Positions 18,915 to 28,234 of a stretch of DNA of 64,000 bases are shown here, one piece after another; positions within the stretch are counted from its first letter, which is position 1, and each line of letters begins with the position of its first letter. Made by a program: the position numbers and the translations under genes. Origin of the DNA: Bacteroidota bacterium (GTDB lineage: Bacteria; Bacteroidota; Bacteroidia; JAIBAJ01); NCBI GenBank assembly GCA_947475205.1, contig CANJNG010000006.1, forward strand, positions 259-64,258, written 5' to 3'. Below the pieces are notes generated by a model. The model was not told the DNA's origin. It saw only the letters and a program-made list of their open reading frames with translations, and made no database searches.

Positions 18915-19053
18915 TGTTTTAAACTGTTTAAAATCAGACTACAATGTTAAGTGAATTTTGGTTTCAAAAATTTATTTTATTCAAAAATTTATTTCAATAC
19001 CTTTCGGCTTTCTTTAAAATATGTGTTGAAACCGTTTTCTAAACTCATCCAAA

Positions 19054-20088
19054 ATGAAATTACAATCGTCTGCCCTTGCCATTTATGCATTATTGACAAT
19101 TAGCTTTTTAGGTGTTTCGTGTGGAGATTCTAAAAACGGAGGTGAACGAAAAGCCAATGGTTCGGTTTCCTTGGGTGATACAATTAATGTAGCCGGACAA
19201 CCCGCCACATCGCTACTGCCTTATACAATTAACAATCAGCAATCGGCACAAATAGGGGTAAATGTTTTGGAGGGATTAACCAAAATTTCGCCCGAGGGAA
19301 AGGCTTTACCACTCATTGCCGAAAGTTTTGAGGTGGATAACTCGGGCTTGGTTTATAAATTTATACTTAAAAAGGGAATTAAATTTCATAACGATGCTTG
19401 TTTTTCGGGTGGCGAAGGGCGTGAACTAAATGCTGCTGATGTAATTTATTCGTTTCAGTTGCTTTGCAAAAATGTTCCCGAAAATGTGGCCTTTTCGTCC
19501 ACTTTTCAATATTTAATCGAAGGTGCTGAGGATTTTTATAACGGAAAGTCTTCGAGTGTTTCAGGATTTAAGTTGGTGGACGATTACACACTTTTGATTA
19601 CCACCACAGTAAAGAACGAAACTTTGCCCCTGCTCCTAGCAGGCATTCAAACTGCAATTGTACCTCACGAAGCTGTGGAACGCTATGGCGATAAAGCCAC
19701 AGTTGGAACAGGCCCGTTTTCTGTAAAAGTCACTGATGGGGCTATTAAGTTGCAACGAAACACTGCTTATTATATGAAGGATGAAATGGCCAATCAATTT
19801 CCCTATTTAGACGAGGTGGTGGTGAGCCATTTTCAATCAAAGACCAACGAAATCGAGGCGTTTTTTGCCGGGAAATTGGATTTAGTATCGGGTATAACCC
19901 AAGAAGCCGCTAAAGAAATAATGGAACAATACAGTGCCGATTTTGAAAGCAAAGCCAATAAATATGTAATGGAAAGCATGGGCGATGTGTCGAGCTCCGA
20001 TTTGTTTGTTATTCGTAAAGCCAATTTAAAGGGATATAAACTTAATTCGGAGGGCACAGTAAATTGGGCAAATGTGTTTGTGAAGTAG
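19054..20088 (+). CDS. ABC transporter substrate-binding family 5 lipoprotein (short, stand-alone)
   Basis: Lipobox 'GVSC'; 'PLIAESFEV', 'GIKFHND', 'AADVIYSF', 'VGTGPF'. Confidence 0.8.
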   Translation: MKLQSSALAIYALLTISFLGVSCGDSKNGGERKANGSVSLGDTINVAGQPATSLLPYTINNQQSAQIGVNVLEGLTKISPEGKALPLIAESFEVDNSGLVYKFILKKGIKFHNDACFSGGEGRELNAADVIYSFQLLCKNVPENVAFSSTFQYLIEGAEDFYNGKSSSVSGFKLVDDYTLLITTTVKNETLPLLLAGIQTAIVPHEAVERYGDKATVGTGPFSVKVTDGAIKLQRNTAYYMKDEMANQFPYLDEVVVSHFQSKTNEIEAFFAGKLDLVSGITQEAAKEIMEQYSADFESKANKYVMESMGDVSSSDLFVIRKANLKGYKLNSEGTVNWANVFVK

Positions 20089-20149
20089 GTTTTACGTCTT
20101 TCTTTCTATTGACCGATAGCAAGTACGAAAGCCGCAACCTCAAATTACC

Positions 20150-20539
20150 CTACTCCACCACCACTTTTCTGTTCATCACACCTGTTTCAAACGAAAGACG
20201 AGCCAAATAAACTCCGGCGGAAAGGCCGCTATAAGGCAAAGTAAACGTTTTGGTATTTGCAACAGACGAACTAAGCACCAATTGCCCCGACATAGCATAG
20301 AGTTCCACAGTTTCTCTTTCAATTTCTTTGTCTGAAACCACATTCAGTATATTGTCGAACATAAATTGCAAAGCATGATTTTGACTGGATACAGTTTGGG
20401 CTTCATCATTCCCTATTCGCAGAAAGAAGCGACCTGTTTCTTCATCGCCGGGAGAAATGGTAAACTCATAGCTATTTTGGTTTGTAAGACTATAGAAAAT
20501 GTTCAAATTTCTATCCTCCAAAATACATACATGTTTCAA
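20150..20539 (-). pseudogene. Remnant C-terminus of a T9SS type A sorting-domain protein
   Basis: 'VELYAMSGQLV...GLSAGVYLARL...KVVVE'; no signal peptide; upstream frame broken. Confidence 0.65.
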
Positions 20540-20782
20540 ACGACACTGAAAACCAATAGGAAATTATTGTCTTATACTTTCTGCGTTGTGGAATCTTAAC
20601 CACGAACTTACTAATCACTGACACCAAAGTTCCTATCATATGCATTTGAATACCGGTGTGACAAATTGTGGCAATTTATTTACCCAACAGGTCCCCACGA
20701 ATTTTATCACCTCACAAAATTTTACACCATTTAACAATAAAATGTAATCACATTCGTTCAAATAGTTATCTTCGTGTAAATT

Positions 20783-23476
20783 TTGGAAACCGCCAACAAA
20801 TCTTCAAACAACTGGAAATATCTGCGATGGGGGGTGTCTTCTGTTTTCGGTCTTTTGGTGTCGGCGGTTTTGGGCGGACTTGCCGTTAGCTATTTTTATG
20901 AGGATGAAATAAAAGCGTATGTTCTCCAAGAATTAAACAAAAACCTCAAAACCGAACTCAAGGTAGGCGACAACACCGAGGTTTCATTTATCCGAAAATT
21001 CCCTTACACCTCTGTTAAACTTAACGATGTGTATGCCCTTGAAGTAAGCAAGAAGACAAATAAAGATACGCTGTTTTCTTTCGATGGGGTGTTTTTGCAA
21101 TTCAATATTGTGGATATTCTCCGGCAGAATTACAATATCCGAAACGTTCAGGTGGAGGATGGTTTTGTGAGAATAAAAGTGGATAAAAACGGAGTAGGCA
21201 ATTACGACATTTTCAAGAAAACCGACTTCAAGCAGGGCTCTTTCTCCTTAAAATTAGATAAAGTGTTTTTGAAAGGAATTACTTTCAATTATGCTAACCG
21301 CTCCACCGACCTCGACTTTTCAGGCAAAGCCGATGAACTCAATTTGAGCGGAAATTTCTCCGACAAAGTGTATGATATGGACTTGCTGGGGCGGGCTATC
21401 TTATGGAATATCGACCACAAAGGAACTCGATTACTAAAAACAAAACGCATCCGTATTGAAGGCCAAGCCAAGGTGGACAATGTGTTAAAACAGTATATTT
21501 TTGAAGATGCTAGCCTGAAAGTAGCCGATTTGCAATTAGCTTTAAATGGGAAAATTGCCGAAAAAGGTGCTAATACGTTTGTGGACTTAAACCTTAGGGG
21601 CAAGGATATGAATATTGGCTCTATCCTGTCGTTGGTGCCGGAAAAATACAACGATGAAATTGAGCAATATAAAAGCACCGGAACATTCTATTTTACGGGG
21701 AACATTACCGGGCTGATAGGTCAGAACAAATTTCCGCAGGTGGAAGGCAGTTTTGGGATTAAGGATGCTGAGATAACTGCTGATGGAAAGGGCTTACCAC
21801 TCAAATCGGTTAATCTTACGGGATACTACACCAATGGCTTAAAGCAAAATGGAGAAACTACCCGCATAGAGATTAAGAAATTCCATGCCACAATGGGCAG
21901 CGGGAAAATTAATGGAAGCTTTTATGCCGAGAACTTTGCTTCACCAACGGTTAATTTGGCTTGCAATGCCAATTTGAATTTAACCGAATTGCAAAAGTTT
22001 GTGCAACTTGACACCTTGCAGGAAATAGCCGGACAAGTGGCTCTTAACCTCGATTTCAAAAGCCATTTGCTCAAACCCTGGCAACTCACCAAGGCCGATT
22101 TCAGCCATGCTGCAATTAGCGGGAAATTGGATGTTAAGGATGCTTACTTTATGCTGAAAGGCAATCCCAACGATTTCCGTGATTTTGATGGAACGTTTAA
22201 TTTTAAAGGTAATGAACTAAATATCGAAGATTTTTCGGGCTTTATTTCCGAAAGCGATTTCAGTTTAAATGGTTATTTCCGAAACCTGTTGCCTTACCTG
22301 TTGCTGGATAGAAGTGGTGATTTGTATATGAACGCTACCCTCACCGCCGACCGCATAAACATTGACGATATTTTGGCGAAGATGCCCAAGAATAGAAATC
22401 AGGACACTGTTTTCAATCTTAAAATACATCCTAATGCCGATGTGGTTTTACTGTTGGATGTAGAGGAAATTAATTTCAAGAAGTTTAAGGCTGCAAACGT
22501 TTCGGGTAACGTAATGATGAAGAATCAAATTGTGAATTTGAATGGCATCAACCTCGAAACATTGGGTGGAGAAATATCGCTTTCGGGTGAAATTGACGGC
22601 CGGAAATCGAATAAGATTATGGTGAACGGCCACACCTCGGTTCGCAATGCCGATATGGCTTCGCTTTTTACGAGTATGGATAATTTCGGACAGCAGTTTA
22701 TCACTGCCGAAAACATTAAAGGCACGGCAGGGCTTAGTGCTACGTTTGCTTTTCCGATGTCGCCTGCCCTGGAAATCAATACCAATGAGTTGGAGGCCGA
22801 AGCTAATGTTTCGGTTGAAAAGGGCGAGCTGCAAAACTTTATGCCTTTGCAGAAACTGGCTCGTTTTGTTGGCTTAGATGAATTGAAAAACATTCGCTTT
22901 GCAACGCTTCAAAATACTATCTCTATCAAAGACAGTAAAATCTCCATTCCGCAAATGGATTTGAACAATAATTTGCTGAACATAAAATTGGAAGGCACCC
23001 ATTCGTTTGACAATAGTATTGACTACCATTTCAATCTAAAACTGAGCGATGTTTTGGCTCAGAAAATGAATAAGACAGTAAATACGGAATTTGGCGAAGA
23101 AGAAAATGATGCCGGCAAAACTTCCATTTTCCTAAAAATGACCGGAAAGGCATCGAACCCAATATTTGCATATGATATGGGCGGAGTAAAACAAAAACTC
23201 AAAACCGACTGGAAGGCCGAAAAGAAGAACATAAAAACTACGCTTCGAAATGAGTTTAGCCGCCAACTGAACGATACCGTTACTAAAGCTTCTACAGGGC
23301 AAAAACCCAAGCTGAAAATGAGTTGGGAAGAATCGCAACCCGCCGAAAGCGATGAGCCTGAAATTTTAAAAGCCAAGCAACCCGGCTCTAAAATAGATAC
23401 ACCTAAAACCCGCAAGAATGGAAGGGCTAAAGAGCCTAAGGAAGAGGTGGAGAAGGCGAAGGTGGATTGGGAGTAA
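20783..23476 (+). CDS. AsmA-like protein
   Basis: N-terminal TM anchor, repeated beta-taco-like segments, 'GTHSFDNSIDYHF' C-terminal region. Confidence 0.85.
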   Translation: METANKSSNNWKYLRWGVSSVFGLLVSAVLGGLAVSYFYEDEIKAYVLQELNKNLKTELKVGDNTEVSFIRKFPYTSVKLNDVYALEVSKKTNKDTLFSFDGVFLQFNIVDILRQNYNIRNVQVEDGFVRIKVDKNGVGNYDIFKKTDFKQGSFSLKLDKVFLKGITFNYANRSTDLDFSGKADELNLSGNFSDKVYDMDLLGRAILWNIDHKGTRLLKTKRIRIEGQAKVDNVLKQYIFEDASLKVADLQLALNGKIAEKGANTFVDLNLRGKDMNIGSILSLVPEKYNDEIEQYKSTGTFYFTGNITGLIGQNKFPQVEGSFGIKDAEITADGKGLPLKSVNLTGYYTNGLKQNGETTRIEIKKFHATMGSGKINGSFYAENFASPTVNLACNANLNLTELQKFVQLDTLQEIAGQVALNLDFKSHLLKPWQLTKADFSHAAISGKLDVKDAYFMLKGNPNDFRDFDGTFNFKGNELNIEDFSGFISESDFSLNGYFRNLLPYLLLDRSGDLYMNATLTADRINIDDILAKMPKNRNQDTVFNLKIHPNADVVLLLDVEEINFKKFKAANVSGNVMMKNQIVNLNGINLETLGGEISLSGEIDGRKSNKIMVNGHTSVRNADMASLFTSMDNFGQQFITAENIKGTAGLSATFAFPMSPALEINTNELEAEANVSVEKGELQNFMPLQKLARFVGLDELKNIRFATLQNTISIKDSKISIPQMDLNNNLLNIKLEGTHSFDNSIDYHFNLKLSDVLAQKMNKTVNTEFGEEENDAGKTSIFLKMTGKASNPIFAYDMGGVKQKLKTDWKAEKKNIKTTLRNEFSRQLNDTVTKASTGQKPKLKMSWEESQPAESDEPEILKAKQPGSKIDTPKTRKNGRAKEPKEEVEKAKVDWE

Positions 23477-23478
23477 TT
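23447..23478 (+). repeat. Left copy of 32-bp direct repeat (3' end of AsmA-like gene)
   Basis: GTGGAGAAGGCGAAGGTGGATTGGGAGTAATT; 30/32 identical to 25739..25770. Confidence 0.9.
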
Positions 23479-23503
23479 CTACCGAAGAACAAGTATGTTC
23501 AAT

Positions 23504-23534
23504 AAAAAAGCGAAGCCAAGGCTTCGCTTTTTTT
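23504..23534. terminator. Bidirectional intrinsic terminator
   Basis: AAAAAAGCGAAGCC-AA-GGCTTCGCTTTTTTT between convergent genes. Confidence 0.85.
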
Positions 23535-23574
23535 GTGGACGCATAACATATTTATCCTCAAGACCAGCTACCCC

Positions 23575-23820
23575 TCAACTAATTCGTTTCACAATCCAGC
23601 CACTGCCATCGGGCATACGGCCCCGCTCGAAGGTGCGGCCATATTTGCGGCCCACTTTCTCTACTGCATCATAGGGTGGGCGTTTCGATTTCCAATCATC
23701 TCGGGTAATTATTAAGCCCTCTCCCACCTGCAATTGTTTTACAGCGGCAGTTACTATGGTTTCGCGGCCATTACTGATGGGGGTAATGGCTGATGCTTCT
23801 TCGGGCGGGAGTATTCGCAT
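23575..23820 (-). CDS. Small basic hypothetical protein (81 aa), possibly nucleic-acid binding
   Basis: Protein-like sequence 'QLQVGEGLII...GSGWIVKRIS'; own TAnnTTTG motif at ~23846-23853 and a downstream terminator. Confidence 0.7.
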   Translation of the reverse strand: MRILPPEEASAITPISNGRETIVTAAVKQLQVGEGLIITRDDWKSKRPPYDAVEKVGRKYGRTFERGRMPDGSGWIVKRIS

Positions 23821-23896
23821 GGTTTAATTGAGCATTAAAATTCAGGCAAAAATATTCAAATAACCATAACAACTCCGTAAAACAGTGAAATAACTG

Positions 23897-24085
23897 AGCA
23901 AAAAAGTAAATTATGTCAGTTTAGAAGTAATAAATAGCAGTTTAGATGTAATATAACGCAGTTTAGAAGTAAGTTTAATGAGCATATAAGTAAGTTAATT
24001 CAGTTTATGTGTAATATTTTGTAATATAGAAGTAATATAAAGCAGTTTAGAAGTAATAAATTTGACTACAGAAGTAAGTTTGATG
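23897..24085. repeat. Degenerate AT-rich 21-bp tandem array (~9 units), non-coding
   Basis: Units start at 23897,23918,23939,23960,23981,24002,24023,24044,24065; consensus AGTTTAGAAGTAAnnnnnnnn; stops in the frames checked. Confidence 0.85.
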
Positions 24086-24151
24086 TCGTTCAAAATACAT
24101 TAATTGAACTAATTGGCTAATTAACTTCGTAATGTATGTTCAATTGTAAAC

Positions 24152-24182
24152 AAAAAAAGCCCGCCAAAAGGCGAGCTTTTTT
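24152..24182 (-). terminator. Intrinsic terminator after 24201..24686
   Basis: AAAAAAAGCCCGCC-AAAA-GGCGAGCTTTTTT. Confidence 0.8.
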
Positions 24183-24200
24183 AATTAACGAAATACCCGT

Positions 24201-24686
24201 TTATGGGTTAGGAACGATAGGTGTTTGTGGACCTTGGCCTTCATAAGCACCTTTTAATTCATCAACCACCACATCGGCTCCCACAACTTGTCCGGTGTAG
24301 CGTTTGCCATTGTCATAGAGGTCGTCCATGTAGGTAAGGGCGGTGTTGCCAAGGTTTAGGCCGAGGTCTTGAAGCCTATCTTGCAATTCGGCTACTGCCA
24401 TTCCTAATTCTTTTAAAAACGCCCATGAATTAAGGGCATCTTGTGCCGAAACTGTGGGAATAGCCGGGCCAATAAGTGCCGGATAGGCCGGCCCGAGGTT
24501 GTTTACAGCCTTTAACACATACGGAATCCGTTCTTCGGCAACAGCATGTATGCTTTGCCTTTCTTCTTTGGTGAGGGTAACTACCTGCACAGCATTTAAT
24601 GCTGCTATTGCGGCGTTTACGTCACCTAAAATTGCAGTTTGTTGGGCTGGAGTAAACTGCACACTCAGTCTGTCTATTATTGCCAT
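24201..24686 (-). CDS. Hypothetical all-helical protein (161 aa)
   Basis: 'VTLTKEERQSI', 'ELQDRLQD...GNTAL'; promoter-like TATTTTTG upstream, terminator downstream. Confidence 0.8.
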   Translation of the reverse strand: MAIIDRLSVQFTPAQQTAILGDVNAAIAALNAVQVVTLTKEERQSIHAVAEERIPYVLKAVNNLGPAYPALIGPAIPTVSAQDALNSWAFLKELGMAVAELQDRLQDLGLNLGNTALTYMDDLYDNGKRYTGQVVGADVVVDELKGAYEGQGPQTPIVPNP

Positions 24687-25024
24687 TTTGTTTTTGATTT
24701 ATGCCTCGTTTGTTTCGGGGCGGTTAATAAAAATTTGATGAGGCAAAAATATTTCGACTTTTTATTTAATAGTTAATAGTTTTGTTAAAAAGTATTAAAA
24801 ATAGATAATTTTTTACTGATACACCTTCTGTGGCCTTCGGTGCTTTCCCTGAGAAATACTTTTTGCTCACAGAAAACGCAGAAAAGCACAGAAGCTATTA
24901 ATTGTCAATTGTCCATTTTACATTGTCAATTTCTTACTGATACACCACCCGCTCTGCCTTTAAGCCTTCGGTGGTTTCGAGTTGGAGGATGTAGATGCCT
25001 TTGGGGAGGGAAGAAATATAGAAA

Positions 25025-25648
25025 CTACAAACTATCCGTTTCCAGCACCCACCAGTTCCCATACCAGCTAAACGCTACTACCCCATATTGCTTATTGTAA
25101 TATAGCTCCGGGCAGCAATCAAATTGGTTTGTTGTAGAATGGTATAAATCATAAAATGTTTTAGACCCAAGTTGGGCACTGGCCATATCGGGAGCTTTAG
25201 GGATGGTTAAGGTGTGTCTAGAATAACAGGTATTACTTGAAAAACGCCCAATATCAATTCCAAAGTTGCTTTTCTCTATAAAGTTTGGGCTAATTAGATA
25301 GTTTATTACTAAAAGGGCATAGTTACTTGATCGAAAAGTAAGTCCTGCTGATTCGTAATAAAAACAGGTGTCATTTATTTTAGATGTGAAATTATCATAA
25401 TATCCACTGTATAGTGTATCAAACTTAAAGTATATGAGTGAGTCGGACGAGACACTTTTAAAATAATATCCTTCACTCTGGCCAGCACTATTAATATACG
25501 AAAAGTTCTCAGTAGAAAGTGCTGAAAAAACTGAAACACAAGTAGTATCTATTGGCGGTGGAGGCGGTGGTTTTACAATAGGATTATCAGGCTTATGGCA
25601 GGAAGCAATTATTACTAACAACAAAATAATGGCAACTCTGTTAATCAT
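25025..25648 (-). CDS. Hypothetical lipoprotein
   Basis: Lipobox 'IIASC', poly-Pro linker, 'LYYNKQYGVVAF' C-terminus. Confidence 0.75.
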   Translation of the reverse strand: MINRVAIILLLVIIASCHKPDNPIVKPPPPPPIDTTCVSVFSALSTENFSYINSAGQSEGYYFKSVSSDSLIYFKFDTLYSGYYDNFTSKINDTCFYYESAGLTFRSSNYALLVINYLISPNFIEKSNFGIDIGRFSSNTCYSRHTLTIPKAPDMASAQLGSKTFYDLYHSTTNQFDCCPELYYNKQYGVVAFSWYGNWWVLETDSL

Positions 25649-25738
25649 TGTATTGAAATTTTATAGTGATATACTTCTCTTCCCGCTTCAAAGATATAAA
25701 TTATATATACACCTCGTTGCAAGAGAGGGTAAGCGGGG

Positions 25739-25770
25739 GTAGAAAAGGCGAAGGTGGATTGGGAGTAATT
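25739..25770 (+). repeat. Right copy of 32-bp direct repeat (duplicate of AsmA-like 3' end)
   Basis: GTAGAAAAGGCGAAGGTGGATTGGGAGTAATT; encodes the same VEKAKVDWE-stop. Confidence 0.9.
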
Positions 25771-25861
25771 TTCTTTTAGTTTTCAACAATTATTCAAAGA
25801 AAAAAGAGAAACCTATATTTTTGTTTCCTAAAAATATTTTTAACCTAAAAATCACATTCAA

Positions 25862-26314
25862 ATGCCAAACGAAATAATTGGTCGCTTATTCAAATTTGCC
25901 GGAGAGAAAACAGGACAAGGCCAAAACGGCCCATGGATTAATTTAACGGTGGTGTTTGAAACCACTACCGATCGTTTTCCAAAGAAAGTTGCTCTACAGT
26001 TTTGGGGCGACAGGGCTACGGAAATCAAGAACTTTCAACCCGGCGACGAACTTCGGGTGTCTTTCGATATTGAAAGCCGCGAGTATCAGGACAAGTGGTA
26101 CACCGATGCCCGTGTTTGGAAAGTAGAACGCATTGGTGCCACAACTGCTCCCGGGGCTACTTATGTAAACACTCAGCAAGCTGCACCCCAGCAACAAGCC
26201 GCATCCGGATACAGCCAACCTGCTTCTGCTTATAGCCAACCTGCTGCACCTGCACCATCAGCCGATAGTTTTAACTCTACTATCGCACCTGCCGACGACG
26301 ATTTACCATTCTAA
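25862..26314 (+). CDS. DUF3127 family protein (OB-fold, SSB-like acidic tail)
   Basis: 'FPKKVALQFWGD', 'VSFDIESREY..KWYTDARVWKV', terminal 'DDDLPF'. Confidence 0.85.
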   Translation: MPNEIIGRLFKFAGEKTGQGQNGPWINLTVVFETTTDRFPKKVALQFWGDRATEIKNFQPGDELRVSFDIESREYQDKWYTDARVWKVERIGATTAPGATYVNTQQAAPQQQAASGYSQPASAYSQPAAPAPSADSFNSTIAPADDDLPF

Positions 26315-26419
26315 TTCTAACTAACGATTGGAGATTTTCTCCAATGGATTTTCTTAACCAAAAGTTTGGGTAGTTCATCTATTCAAACTTTTGGTTCTTT
26401 ATTTTAACCCTCTTTCACT

Positions 26420-27187
26420 ATGTCAAAACGCCCGACAATACTTGTAACCAACGATGATGGTATAACTGCACCCGGCATTCGTGCTTTGGTTGAAGCCATG
26501 AAAACCCTTGGCGATGTGGTGGTGGTTGCCCCCGATAGCCCGCAAAGTGCAATGGGACACGCCATCACCATAAGCAAACCGCTGAGGATGTATAAAACGG
26601 AAGTTCATGGCGAGGTGTTGGGTTACCAATGCAGCGGCACTCCGGTAGATTGTGTGAAATTGGCTGTAAACAAAATTCTGCACCGCTTGCCCGATTTATG
26701 TGTAAGTGGAATTAACCACGGCAGTAATTCTTCCATAAACGTAATTTATTCGGGAACGATGAGTGCCGCAATGGAAGGTGCAATAGAGGGCATACCCAGC
26801 ATTGGTTTCTCTCTATTAAATTATGCTCAGGATGCCGACTTCAGTGCCGCGAAAGAAATTGCCATAAAAGTAGCCAGTGAGGTGTTGAAGAACGGCCTTC
26901 CGAAAGACACCTTACTAAATGTGAATATACCCAATTTAAGTTCAGAGAATATTAAAGGAATTAAGATTTGCCGTCAGGCTCGTGCTAAATGGGAAGAGAA
27001 ATTTGACGAACGTAAAGACCCGCACGGACAGCCTTACTATTGGCTTACAGGCCAATTTATTAATATGGATAAGGGGGAAGATACCGATGAATGGGCTTTA
27101 GCCAATGGCTATGTATCTATTGTTCCGGTGCAGTTTGATTTAACTGCCCATCATGCAGTTTCTTTATTGAATCAGTGGGAGCTTTAG
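26420..27187 (+). CDS. surE: 5'/3'-nucleotidase SurE
   Basis: 'ILVTNDDG', 'SGTPVDCV', 'SGINHG', 'YSGT'. Confidence 0.96.
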   Translation: MSKRPTILVTNDDGITAPGIRALVEAMKTLGDVVVVAPDSPQSAMGHAITISKPLRMYKTEVHGEVLGYQCSGTPVDCVKLAVNKILHRLPDLCVSGINHGSNSSINVIYSGTMSAAMEGAIEGIPSIGFSLLNYAQDADFSAAKEIAIKVASEVLKNGLPKDTLLNVNIPNLSSENIKGIKICRQARAKWEEKFDERKDPHGQPYYWLTGQFINMDKGEDTDEWALANGYVSIVPVQFDLTAHHAVSLLNQWEL

Positions 27188-27211
27188 GCAGCACTGCTTT
27201 CTGTTTTCCTA

Positions 27212-28234
27212 CTAATGTTTCATTGCTTCATCCAAACTAAATTTCAGCAATTGGCCCATGGTTTTGGCGTGTTTAATTTGATCTGATTTGTAATACAGAC
27301 TAAGATCTTCGGCTAAAGTTGCAATCTTGTCGGGCGGGCTTATTGCATCGGTTTCCATCACATCGAGCAATTGATTTAGTTTGTCTTTTTCGGCTTTTAT
27401 GCGGCGAGAAATTGCACTGCGTTCCTCTTTTTGATATTGCTCAAAACTTTCACGAGTGAGCAATTGAGTACATAAATCTACAATGGTTTTGTTCTCTTTG
27501 AAAAACTGTGGCAGATACAGATTTTTGCGACCCTCGTAGCTTTGCTGGTCGAAATCAATGGCTCGGATACGGTATTGCAAATCATCGAAATCGGGCGTAA
27601 TGTCGATTACGTAATTATACGCTCGCATATCGCCCAGTAATCTCACGAGGCAGCGTTCGTTAAATTTCACAAACTCTTTGGCTAACCTCACTTTATTGGT
27701 AGGTTGTTGCAAAAGGTAGTTTTCCATAAAACTATCGCCCGGAATTCCGGCAATATGTTCTTCTATAAGCGTATTGTCGTTCGTTATATAGCTCATTCGG
27801 TTGGGCGACAGAATATGTTCTAATTCCAAGCCATAAACCCGTGAGGCATCGGCAGTTTTGATATAGAAATAATCATAGTTGTCGTTTAACTTATTCATTA
27901 TCCGCACCCGAAAAGGGTTGCTATTACCGAAAGTGCAATAATCAATACGCTCTACCTGCAAATGCTCCATCACATGCATATCGCCTTCGGTTTTCAGCAG
28001 GGCGTATATATGGGTTAGTCCTTCGTTGAGTTCTTTTGTTTTTTCGGGAGAATAAAATACCGTTTCCCAAAGCGTATCCTTTCCCTTCTTATCCAGCAAT
28101 GAAACCGATAATTCCCAGTTTTGCAGATGATTGTAATTAACGGGCAACTCTATTTCCCTGCCAAAAAATTCAAGATATTTCCTGAATTTTGGGATTATGC
28201 CAAAGGCGGGCTTTTTTTTGGAAATTTCGTTCAA
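27212..28234 (-). CDS. Conserved hypothetical protein with atypical kinase-like motifs
   Basis: 340 aa; 'FYIK', 'LLGDMRAYN', 'IRAIDFD'. Confidence 0.65.
   Translation of the reverse strand: MNEISKKKPAFGIIPKFRKYLEFFGREIELPVNYNHLQNWELSVSLLDKKGKDTLWETVFYSPEKTKELNEGLTHIYALLKTEGDMHVMEHLQVERIDYCTFGNSNPFRVRIMNKLNDNYDYFYIKTADASRVYGLELEHILSPNRMSYITNDNTLIEEHIAGIPGDSFMENYLLQQPTNKVRLAKEFVKFNERCLVRLLGDMRAYNYVIDITPDFDDLQYRIRAIDFDQQSYEGRKNLYLPQFFKENKTIVDLCTQLLTRESFEQYQKEERSAISRRIKAEKDKLNQLLDVMETDAISPPDKIATLAEDLSLYYKSDQIKHAKTMGQLLKFSLDEAMKH

Noticed and set aside
23897-24085. CRISPR or protein-coding reading of the second array
   Set aside because: Variable parts are only ~8 nt, and stops interrupt the frames checked on both strands.
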